A stretch of DNA of 64,000 bases from a virus. Taxonomy: Duplodnaviria > Heunggongvirae > Uroviricota > Caudoviricetes. The DNA lies in IMG/VR virus record IMGVR_UViG_3300045988_158233; one strand, given 5' to 3'. The notes beneath the pieces were generated by a model. The model ran no database searches, was not told the DNA's origin, and saw only the letters and a list, made by a program, of their open reading frames with translations. Made by a program: the position numbers and the translations under genes. How positions within the stretch are numbered: position 1 is the stretch's first letter; each line of letters starts with the position of its first letter. This document shows, piece after piece, positions 9,587-17,168 of the stretch.

Positions 9587-10905
9587 AAAAGTTGATCGCA
9601 CTTAAGCATAAGCTGGACGAAATGAAAGCTATGGGAACCAATGCAAAAAAAGAGGCATTGGCCAACATGGATGACTTTGAACAAAGCATGGTTTCATTGA
9701 TGCTCAACCCTTTCATCCGTTTTGGGGTAAAGAAATACAAAGTGGCAGAGCCGCTTAGTGAGTCCGTCCCAAGTGACGAAAAAGCCATTGATGTACTGAA
9801 TAAGCTGGCCTCTCGCGAGCTGACGGGGAACGCAGCAATAGCAGCTGTTGAGTCTATCGTGGCGTCAATGTGCGCCGATGGGCAGGACGTGTTCCGTCGT
9901 TTCCTCTTAAAAGACCCGAAAGCAGGTGTTGGGATTAGCCTATGCAACAAGGTTTTTGAAAATCCCATTCCGAAATTCGAGGTGCAGCTGGCGTCACCGT
10001 ATAAAGAAAAAGGCGACAAATACCCCTTCAAGCCAAATCCTAAAGCAAAATGGCCGATGATTGGCAGTCTTAAGCTCGATGGTTTGCGAGTAATTTGCGA
10101 GGTTATTGTTGACGAGGAAGAGGTTAACTTCCTTTCTCGTACTGGTAATCCAATCACGTCTCTCGATCACCTAAAGCCAGCAATGCTCGAATTAGGCAAA
10201 CTTTCAGGCCACAAACACATCTTCTTCGATGGTGAAGGAACAGCCGGTTCATTTAACCAGTCTGTATCTGCATTGCGCAAAAAGAACGTGCAGGCAATTG
10301 GCGCTATTTATCATGTTTTCGACTTCTTCCTACCGGAATGGCGGGCACAGGCTAAATCCAAAGAGTATGCAAAGACAGGTATGAAGCTGAAAGAGCGCCT
10401 GGCTATGCTGGTGGCGTTGTTTAAAAACGATCGCAGTGAAGGCTACGCACAAGACATTCACCTGCATCCGTTCTATATCATCCATAGCCACGAAGATTTC
10501 ATCGAACGCTTCATGAAACGCCTAGACGATAACGAAGAAGGGGAGATGGGCAAAGATCCGAACTCTGTTTACGAGTTTAAACGTACCCGCAGCTGGTGGA
10601 AGTTAAAAGACGAAGATTCAGAAGATGGTGAAATTATCGACTTTGAGCCGGGCGACCCGGACTCTGGTTTTGCCAACACGCTTGGAAAAATTGTTATTCG
10701 CCTTGAAAACGGTGTGATTGTTCGTGCGAGCGGCATTAAGCATAAATATCTGGACGAGATCTGGAACAACAAAGAGAAGTACCGTGGTCGTATTGTCGAG
10801 GTTCATTGTCACGAGAAAACGCCGGATGGCAGCTTACGCCACCCACGACTGAAATGGCCGCGTTGCTTACGCGATACAGAAGATCGAATCGGAGATAAAG
10901 AATGA
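9583..10905 (+). CDS. ATP-dependent DNA ligase
   Basis: Adenylation motif KLDGLR (KxDG), C-terminal ...SLRHPRLKWPR... typical of ATP ligases. Confidence 0.75.
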   Translation: MKKLIALKHKLDEMKAMGTNAKKEALANMDDFEQSMVSLMLNPFIRFGVKKYKVAEPLSESVPSDEKAIDVLNKLASRELTGNAAIAAVESIVASMCADGQDVFRRFLLKDPKAGVGISLCNKVFENPIPKFEVQLASPYKEKGDKYPFKPNPKAKWPMIGSLKLDGLRVICEVIVDEEEVNFLSRTGNPITSLDHLKPAMLELGKLSGHKHIFFDGEGTAGSFNQSVSALRKKNVQAIGAIYHVFDFFLPEWRAQAKSKEYAKTGMKLKERLAMLVALFKNDRSEGYAQDIHLHPFYIIHSHEDFIERFMKRLDDNEEGEMGKDPNSVYEFKRTRSWWKLKDEDSEDGEIIDFEPGDPDSGFANTLGKIVIRLENGVIVRASGIKHKYLDEIWNNKEKYRGRIVEVHCHEKTPDGSLRHPRLKWPRCLRDTEDRIGDKE

Positions 10906-11081
10906 TGCTCGGCTGGATGATTGCATTTTTAGCAGTTGGTTTTTTCATAGGTATTGTGGTGATGTCCAGTTGCATCAATGACTACATTAAAAGCGGTGTT
11001 ATAGAAAGACGCGGTCGTATTTATCGCATTGTAGAAATAACCAACACCCAGAAGGAGATTAAGGATGATCGTATTAAGTAA
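10902..11081 (+). CDS. small membrane protein
   Basis: 59-aa ORF overlapping ligase stop (ATGA); hydrophobic helix WMIAFLAVGFFIGIVVM. Confidence 0.3.
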   Translation: MMLGWMIAFLAVGFFIGIVVMSSCINDYIKSGVIERRGRIYRIVEITNTQKEIKDDRIK

Positions 11082-11280
11082 ACGGGAGAAGGAAACGCTT
11101 CATGAAATCAGTAAGTGGCCGGAGTTCCCTGAGTACTGGAAGCCTAAAACGCGAGCTAAGTTAGAGCGTTTAGGGTTGGTTGCAAACGTTTCTGAAACGT
11201 GGTGTTCGGCCAACTACCAGTTAACTGATAAAGGGAAAGTATTGCTACAGCAATTAGTAGAATCAGGAGTGTTAAAATGA
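11065..11280 (+). CDS. hypothetical small protein
   Basis: 71-aa ORF. Confidence 0.4.
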   Translation: MIVLSKREKETLHEISKWPEFPEYWKPKTRAKLERLGLVANVSETWCSANYQLTDKGKVLLQQLVESGVLK

Positions 11281-11425
11281 TTCCATACATCTCATTAGCT
11301 TTTATGGGTGGCTTCCTTATCGGCTTCGGCATCTGTCGTGATTTAATTAAGCAGGAACTTAAAACCAAAACACTGTGCATCGGAAAGCGTGTGTATCGGG
11401 TAGTTCATGAAACAAAGGTGAAAAA

Positions 11426-11716
11426 ATGAGCAATTTAACTTCTTGGGAATGGTGGTTGGCCACCTATTTCTTAGCGGCCGGAGTCGCATTCGCCTTTTAC
11501 GTAGGTCAGTTAGTCGTAAAACTGTTGCTGATTAAATTTGCTAGTCATAAACGTATCGATGATGGTCTGTGGCGTCTTGGCACCCTGGTGGAAACTCGCT
11601 ACGGGCAACTTAAGGAGAACGAAACCATTACTATCCAGGCGAAACGATTCACTGCCACCATCACAAGAACACCTAGTCGTAGAGTGGCCTTGATCAAAAA
11701 AGTCACAACCGAATAA
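11426..11716 (+). CDS. small membrane protein
   Basis: 96-aa ORF with N-terminal hydrophobic helix. Confidence 0.4.
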   Translation: MSNLTSWEWWLATYFLAAGVAFAFYVGQLVVKLLLIKFASHKRIDDGLWRLGTLVETRYGQLKENETITIQAKRFTATITRTPSRRVALIKKVTTE

Positions 11717-11724
11717 AAACATCA

Positions 11725-11747
11725 CGATAAGTATTTACTTACTTATC
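11725..11747. promoter_or_regulatory. motif B palindrome (GATAAGTA-N6-TACTTATC)
   Basis: cgataagtatttacttacttatc directly after stop of 11426..11716. Confidence 0.4.
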
Positions 11748-11890
11748 TTTTATGTATAAGATGACTTTGTTTTCGTTGAGACGCGACTGTTTGAACTTAA
11801 ATACAAGTGCAAACGAAGAAGTCTATCTGGCAGTAGCCTAATAAGCCAAACACCAGCGAGGTCAGTTTCCAGCCTCGTTACCGAAATGGG

Positions 11891-12228
11891 ACACACTGAG
11901 CGAGTGTGATTGCAGAACGCAGGAGGGAACATTCATGTTCCCTCCGATGAAGTAACAGAATGGGCGGTTGGTATATTTTCAACTCCATATGACTCCCGGA
12001 TTCTTAGCCACTGACCGCCCATCCTGTTACGTCATTTTGTTCAATTATGTCGTTTATACTGGGTTAAAAAGCGGCGACGTAGCCCGGCTGGTATGGTTAG
12101 CCAGCACACAACGTTGAGGCCATTACATTTTTATCAATTCTAAGGTTCTATTCACAGAGATACCGGCGAGCGTTGATATGTAACATGTTGGGCAAACATT
12201 CAATCGGAGTAGTGGCCTCAACGTTGTG
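11891..12228 (+). other. structured non-coding region with three long inverted repeats
   Basis: 10-bp stem hairpin ggagggaaca-ttca-tgttccctcc (11922..11945); 17-bp arms at 11952..11968 / 12014..12030; 16-bp perfect arms at 12106..12122 / 12213..12228. Confidence 0.4.
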
Positions 12229-12491
12229 AAGACAGGATTGTTGTGTAGGTTTAACCACTGTTGCCATTGGTGCCTGTTTTCACAACAAATGATTCCATAC
12301 ATCACATTGTATAAATTACAAAGTAGGTGCTGTCCTCAAAAACATCATCTACTTAAAGATTTTGCCTACTATTGAGCGAAGTCGAAAGCGTCTGGCACTA
12401 ACGAAAAGTGCAAGTAGCGGTGCGTTTCCTGGCAGAAACTAAACCGTCGCGATTGGCACTGTTGAGTAATAAATACTGGCAGTGTCGAATT

Positions 12492-12566
12492 GATGGTGTA
12501 GCTCAGCGGTAGAGCAGTTGGCTGTTAACCAACTGGTCGGTGGTTCGAATCCACCCACCATCGCCA
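12492..12566 (+). tRNA. tRNA-Asn (GTT)
   Basis: Cloverleaf by eye: acceptor GATGGTG/CACCATC, anticodon loop CTGTTAA, T-loop TTCGAAT, 3' GCCA. Confidence 0.85.
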
Positions 12567-12571
12567 ATTTA

Positions 12572-12658
12572 GGAGAGTTAGTCCGTAGAGGTAGCGGGGT
12601 AGACTGTAAATCTACTGTCATTGCGACTCGGGTGGTTCGACTCCATCACTCCCCACCA
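12572..12658 (+). tRNA. tRNA-Tyr (GTA), class II
   Basis: Anticodon stem GTAGA/TCTAC with loop CTGTAAA, long variable arm, T-loop TTCGACT, 3' ACCA; one A-C mismatch in acceptor stem, D-arm imperfect. Confidence 0.65.
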
Positions 12659-12662
12659 AATT

Positions 12663-12738
12663 GCCGGTTTAGCTCAGTTGGTAGAGCGCCTGCCTTGTAA
12701 GCAGGATGTCAGCGGTTCGAGTCCGTTAACCGGCACCA
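12663..12738 (+). tRNA. tRNA-Thr (TGT)
   Basis: Acceptor GCCGGTT/AACCGGC, anticodon stem CCTGC/GCAGG with loop CTTGTAA, T-loop TTCGAGT, 3' ACCA. Confidence 0.85.
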
Positions 12739-12962
12739 ATACAACGATAAGATCATTACGGTTAATCGTCGTTCATGTGCACAATGACTGGTCGAAAGGT
12801 AGTGATCTTACCGTTGTGGTGGATTCGCAGACTGATGCGATAGCTTTCTTGGATGTTAGGGAAATGCGGCCGCAAATCTTCCCTTTCGCGAGCGGTGATC
12901 GTCCGTAGTCCTAATTGGCTGCACCGTATGCCGGAGATTCAGTACCGGCTATCACAACGGCC

Positions 12963-13049
12963 GGAGAGTAGGGAGCATGGTGCTCAAGCGGTCTTGAAAA
13001 CCGTCCCATTGCGCAAGCGATGATGGTTCGATTCCATTACTCTCCGCCA
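12963..13049 (+). tRNA. tRNA-Ser (TGA), class II
   Basis: Acceptor GGAGAGT/ACTCTCC perfect, anticodon loop CTTGAAA, long variable arm, T-loop TTCGATT, 3' GCCA. Confidence 0.75.
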
Positions 13050-13051
13050 GA

Positions 13052-13129
13052 CACAGCGTTGAGCGGTTTGGCCTTTTAATCAACTCGATTAAGACTCCGC
13101 TAACATAAACCAGACCGCTCAACGCTGTG
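13052..13129 (+). repeat. perfect 16-bp inverted repeat immediately after tRNA-Ser
   Basis: cacagcgttgagcggt ... accgctcaacgctgtg separated by 46 nt. Confidence 0.5.
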
Positions 13130-13234
13130 ATAGACAATTACGGCAGACGTTCTTAACCATAGCTTGCTAACATCCTAGCAACACTTTTTTTTCAGCGCAA
13201 AATTCAAAGGGGCTTCGGCCCCTTTTTGGCTGGG

Positions 13235-14455
13235 TTAATTAAAACCGAATGAATTAAGTTCTGCTTTGAATTTATCGACCATTTTTTCAACTTCGTTTAC
13301 AATTGCGTGAATCTCTTCGTCTTTTCTCGGATTAGAATTGAGGTCAAAATATGCCTTATATAAGGCATATTTTGACAAGCTTCCTTCAATATTTTCAGAG
13401 AAAATATTGGTACGACCATCAGTTAATAAGATATCAGCAGATCGGGAATTTAAATTATATTTATAGTAAATCTTTATTAGTCTGCTTATCTCTTTTTCAT
13501 TCTTGATTACCCTCTGTCTTTTACCAGCAATATTAAGACTCCAGCCTACATAACTAGTCAGATCGGAATTAAACTTACACACTTCCGCATCAGCTTTTTC
13601 CATATTTAGATTAATATTATTTCTCATGTGTAGCGGTAATTCGTTGAATTTTTGCTGTAAATGCTGTTTGCAGGGATTGTTGTAAGACCACAGAATTGCG
13701 AACGTAGCTCTTTGCATCCGGGTATTCAGATCGATGTTAAAGTTCTCACGATCACGAATCATTTCATCTACATAAAACTCTACAGCTTTTCGGTATTCTT
13801 TGTTAAAGATCTCGGTAACATACATTTCTAAATAATGGACTTTCGAGATTGCCTCATCAAAAAAAAGCTCACTCTCAAAGAAGTTGTATTTATTTAAGAG
13901 ATTAGAAAGTCTACTTAAGTCATAGGTTTTATTATTTTCAATATTAAGACCAAAAATGGCAATTAACAGACTTACTTTATGATTAATACTGCTACGTAAT
14001 TGAGCTATATAAATTCTCTTTTCATCTTCTGCTGATGACAGTAGATAAAACTCTTTATCTAAATAATTTAAAATTAGAATTATGTGATTTACATATTTAA
14101 TGTAAATAGGTTGTTTTGTTACATAATAATAAATGCTTTTGATGGAATTAATGCTCAATTTCGTATTAAACTCTTTGTCATTCAACAAAGTGTTATTTAC
14201 GTCCTCAAGTAATTTATCATGTTGCTCTAGTAATATTCCGTACCATTCCTTAAAAGAGGCTTTTTTCATTTCAAGAAGTGAATCTGCCGTTAATTGTGTT
14301 GCCTTCATTGCAGCTTTTGCACTATTTCTTGCCTCATAAGCAGCCCAAGCAGTAACAAAAGTAGCAAGTGAACCTATAGCCTCTTTGTATTCTTTAGCCA
14401 CATCCCAAAAAATAATAGTTATTACACACAATATGAGAATTAATATTAAAGGCAT
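13235..14455 (-). CDS. AT-rich membrane-anchored protein of unknown function (candidate accessory/exclusion gene)
   Basis: 406 aa, N-terminal TM helix LILILILCVITIIFW, rich in K/N/I/Y; markedly lower GC than neighbours; opposite strand to flanking genes. Confidence 0.6.
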   Translation of the reverse strand: MPLILILILCVITIIFWDVAKEYKEAIGSLATFVTAWAAYEARNSAKAAMKATQLTADSLLEMKKASFKEWYGILLEQHDKLLEDVNNTLLNDKEFNTKLSINSIKSIYYYVTKQPIYIKYVNHIILILNYLDKEFYLLSSAEDEKRIYIAQLRSSINHKVSLLIAIFGLNIENNKTYDLSRLSNLLNKYNFFESELFFDEAISKVHYLEMYVTEIFNKEYRKAVEFYVDEMIRDRENFNIDLNTRMQRATFAILWSYNNPCKQHLQQKFNELPLHMRNNINLNMEKADAEVCKFNSDLTSYVGWSLNIAGKRQRVIKNEKEISRLIKIYYKYNLNSRSADILLTDGRTNIFSENIEGSLSKYALYKAYFDLNSNPRKDEEIHAIVNEVEKMVDKFKAELNSFGFN

Positions 14456-14590
14456 GTTATCTATATCGTTAGTTAATTTTGAACATAAATGATACTTAGT
14501 CCACCGCTAAATTTCATCAAATTTGATAATTTTCTTGACGATCATGTCTCAAAATTATTTATACTTGGCATATTTGAGATATATAATAAT

Positions 14591-14610
14591 AGGTAATAAC
14601 ACACCTATCA
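14591..14610. promoter_or_regulatory. motif B-like palindrome ATAGGT-N8-ACCTAT
   Basis: ataggtaataacacacctat about 50 bp upstream of glutaredoxin ATG. Confidence 0.3.
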
Positions 14611-14661
14611 CATTTAAGCATCAACAAGATAAATTACGGACCCAGACCAGAAAGGAAACTA

Positions 14662-14910
14662 ATGAGAAATATACTTATCTACGGACGAGATAACTGCTCA
14701 TACTGCAAACGTGCGGTCGAGCTGGCGAAGAAACTAAAGGGACATGGCTACGGTGATTATGAGTACATCGACATCACCACTGCCGGTATCGATAAGGAAA
14801 AACTTAGCGAAATTGTTGGTAAACCGGTAGAGACTATCCCCCAGGTGCTGATCGATGGCCAGCCGATTGGCGGATACACAGAACTGGCTGCATACGTCAG
14901 CACCCTCTGA
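14662..14910 (+). CDS. glutaredoxin (NrdH/NrdC-like redoxin)
   Basis: 82 aa with CSYC active-site motif near N-terminus and thioredoxin-fold length; sits with RNR genes in element. Confidence 0.75.
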   Translation: MRNILIYGRDNCSYCKRAVELAKKLKGHGYGDYEYIDITTAGIDKEKLSEIVGKPVETIPQVLIDGQPIGGYTELAAYVSTL

Positions 14911-14916
14911 TTTTAA

Positions 14917-14938
14917 CGGCTCACAGGAGCCGTTTTTT
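14917..14938 (+). terminator. rho-independent terminator
   Basis: cggctc-acag-gagccg followed by TTTTTT. Confidence 0.6.
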
Positions 14939-15075
14939 ATTCCCACCAAACTCACACCTGTTTCCATTAAAATTCAAAAAACAACGCCTGAATGATTCCA
15001 TACCTACTATGTATGGAATCATTGCTGAAAATGAGTTACTTTTACTCTTGATCCTATAAGAATCTATGCCTAATA

Positions 15076-15095
15076 TACTGTTTACTTATACAGTG
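15076..15095. promoter_or_regulatory. LexA box (SOS operator) upstream of integrase
   Basis: TACTGT-ttacttat-ACAGTG fits CTGT-N8-ACAG consensus; about 27 bp upstream of int start. Confidence 0.6.
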
Positions 15096-15121
15096 CATCG
15101 GCGTAACTCGGTGATTGTCAT

Positions 15122-16225
15122 ATGAAAAATAGCTTTGACAGAGCACGCGCTGCGGAGAACACCTCAAAAGAGGCGATAGAGTATCTCGAAAGAGCATCTC
15201 AAATGCAGGCCGTTATGATCTCCCAGGTCAGCAATGACATGAGATTCTCGGACGCATTCATGTTATTCACTCGCTTATCTCTGCTGATAACCAGACGTCG
15301 GCCAGAGATCGCTGTTCATTGTATTTTGATACATGTTTTGCCGCACATTGCCGATGTAAAAGTAAGTGACATTAATAGGTTCATGGTGAACCAACTGGTC
15401 AACCCACTAATACTGGATGGCAAAATTGTTATGGGCCGCCGCGTTTTCTCTCTGATGAAGCAGTTCCTTAGCTGGTGCGCCTTCCAGGGGATGATAGACG
15501 TGTCACCGTTAAACGATATGTCACTTAACAAAGTTGCCGGTGGCGCAAAGCCCACACCTCGCGAGCGGAAGCTGACCGACGCAGAGGTATGGGTGTTCTG
15601 GAATATATGGGACTACTTCAATGTGTGTGCTGGTACAAAATGGGCGGCCAGGCTGTGTCTTGTATCAGCAAGACGACCTGACGAAGTACTGCGGGCTAAA
15701 AAAAGTGAGTTCAATCTTAAGCGTGGGGTTTGGAATCAAGGCAAGAGGAACAAATCTGCCCGTGAGCATTCTCTGCCTTTAAGCTCATTAATGCGCACTT
15801 GTATTGAAGAGTTGTTCGAATATGGTAAAGACAGCCAGTGGCTCGTGCCTTCGAATAAAAAAATCGGGAAAGACCTTCCTATGTCTAAAGTGGCAATAGC
15901 CCAGGCATTACGTCGTATTCTGGAACGACCAGAACTGATGGAGCTTGAGCCATTTACACCCCGAGATTTGCGCCGTACTGCGCGTAGTTACTTCCCAGCA
16001 TTAGGCATAAGCCAGGAGGTATCACGTAAAATCATGAACCACAGTCTTGAGGGGATAGATCGGGTCTACGACCGGCACGATTATATGGACGAGATGCGAG
16101 ACGCCTTAGAAAGTTTCTCGACGTACATCGCATCAATCGTAGAGCAACCGGATTTAGACGAAATTGACCACAAATTTAAGGGAGATCGTCTATCAACAGA
16201 GCTTATTCGTGTAAATTTTTCATAG
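15122..16225 (+). CDS. tyrosine recombinase / integrase (P4-type)
   Basis: Catalytic-region motifs LVSARRPDEV (R), HSLPL, TPRDLRRTARS, and C-terminal RVYDRHDYMDEMRDAL with tyrosine nucleophile. Confidence 0.75.
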   Translation: MKNSFDRARAAENTSKEAIEYLERASQMQAVMISQVSNDMRFSDAFMLFTRLSLLITRRRPEIAVHCILIHVLPHIADVKVSDINRFMVNQLVNPLILDGKIVMGRRVFSLMKQFLSWCAFQGMIDVSPLNDMSLNKVAGGAKPTPRERKLTDAEVWVFWNIWDYFNVCAGTKWAARLCLVSARRPDEVLRAKKSEFNLKRGVWNQGKRNKSAREHSLPLSSLMRTCIEELFEYGKDSQWLVPSNKKIGKDLPMSKVAIAQALRRILERPELMELEPFTPRDLRRTARSYFPALGISQEVSRKIMNHSLEGIDRVYDRHDYMDEMRDALESFSTYIASIVEQPDLDEIDHKFKGDRLSTELIRVNFS

Positions 16226-16606
16226 AGACTTTATGGCCTCAACAACCTTTTGTGATGCGCCTTTCTCTTTACCGAATCGCTCGTTATATGCAGCAAGAAC
16301 CTGTTTTTCGTCCTCGTTAAGAGGAGCAGTGCCTTCTTTGTATAAAAATGCTGCGAGTTCGGGTTGGCGTTCTTCCAGCACCATCATCATAAGACGACTT
16401 GGCTCAATACCCAGTGCCAGCGCCAGCGGACGAACCTTATCGATAGGCAAAGGAATTTTGCCGCTTTTAATTAAAGAAAGGTTGTTGGCGTTTTTATACC
16501 CAATTGTTTTGGCTATCTGGGCCTGGCTCATAGGTGAGGATTCAATCAACCCTGCGATAAAAGCAGCGTAGCGACTTTCTATAAATTCAATCTTGTTATC
16601 AGACAT
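16220..16606 (-). CDS. XRE-family helix-turn-helix transcriptional regulator
   Basis: HTH segment MSQAQIAKTIGYKNANNLSLIKSGK; 128 aa; 3' end overlaps integrase stop. Confidence 0.65.
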   Translation of the reverse strand: MSDNKIEFIESRYAAFIAGLIESSPMSQAQIAKTIGYKNANNLSLIKSGKIPLPIDKVRPLALALGIEPSRLMMMVLEERQPELAAFLYKEGTAPLNEDEKQVLAAYNERFGKEKGASQKVVEAIKSL

Positions 16607-16637
16607 GGTTACAACCTTTGCGCGTTCAATTCTCTCT

Positions 16638-16651
16638 GGTAAGTGCTTACC
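16638..16651. promoter_or_regulatory. motif B core palindrome GGTAAGTGCTTACC adjacent to regulator gene start
   Basis: Perfect palindrome 30-45 bp upstream of the XRE regulator ATG; same core at 39700..39720. Confidence 0.45.
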
Positions 16652-16857
16652 GATATTACATCAAAGGTTAGGGTTGTAAAGCTATTATCATTTTTTTCGA
16701 TAGGCACTTAAAAGACCGGTTAAAGGCCATTGCACGGAGAAAAATTAGCCCAAAACAGGTAAGAAAATCAACTTGCATATGATATGTATGTATTCAGTAT
16801 TGATACAAATTTTAGTAGTATTCCTTACCATAGTATAAGTTAGAATGGATTGATTGA

Positions 16858-17070
16858 ATGAACACCACTATTTCCAGCCTAATCGCTCTTGAGATCGGAC
16901 ACGTACAGAAATTAGCTGATGAGTGTGTAGCTGACATCCTCACCGATCTACCGAATGAGCAGATTCAGGTTGGTGTGAATGACACAACTGGATTTATATT
17001 CGAACTTAACAACAAACGCTTCACGCTTCTCAATACCGGCTCCGGGTCTTTAGCCGTCAGAATCTGTTAA
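16858..17070 (+). CDS. hypothetical small protein
   Basis: 70-aa ORF. Confidence 0.4.
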   Translation: MNTTISSLIALEIGHVQKLADECVADILTDLPNEQIQVGVNDTTGFIFELNNKRFTLLNTGSGSLAVRIC

Positions 17071-17168
17071 CCCCTCTTCTCCCTGCGCGAATGGCTTAGT
17101 TCCCTGTTCGCGCAGTGCTACATTAAACACACTAGTAAATAATTTGTTTTCATAACAAAGGATTAGCC

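Noticed and set aside
12518-12908. ORFs of 60 and 95 aa overlapping the tRNA cluster
   Set aside because: Overlap confidently folded tRNA sequences; composition is not protein-like.
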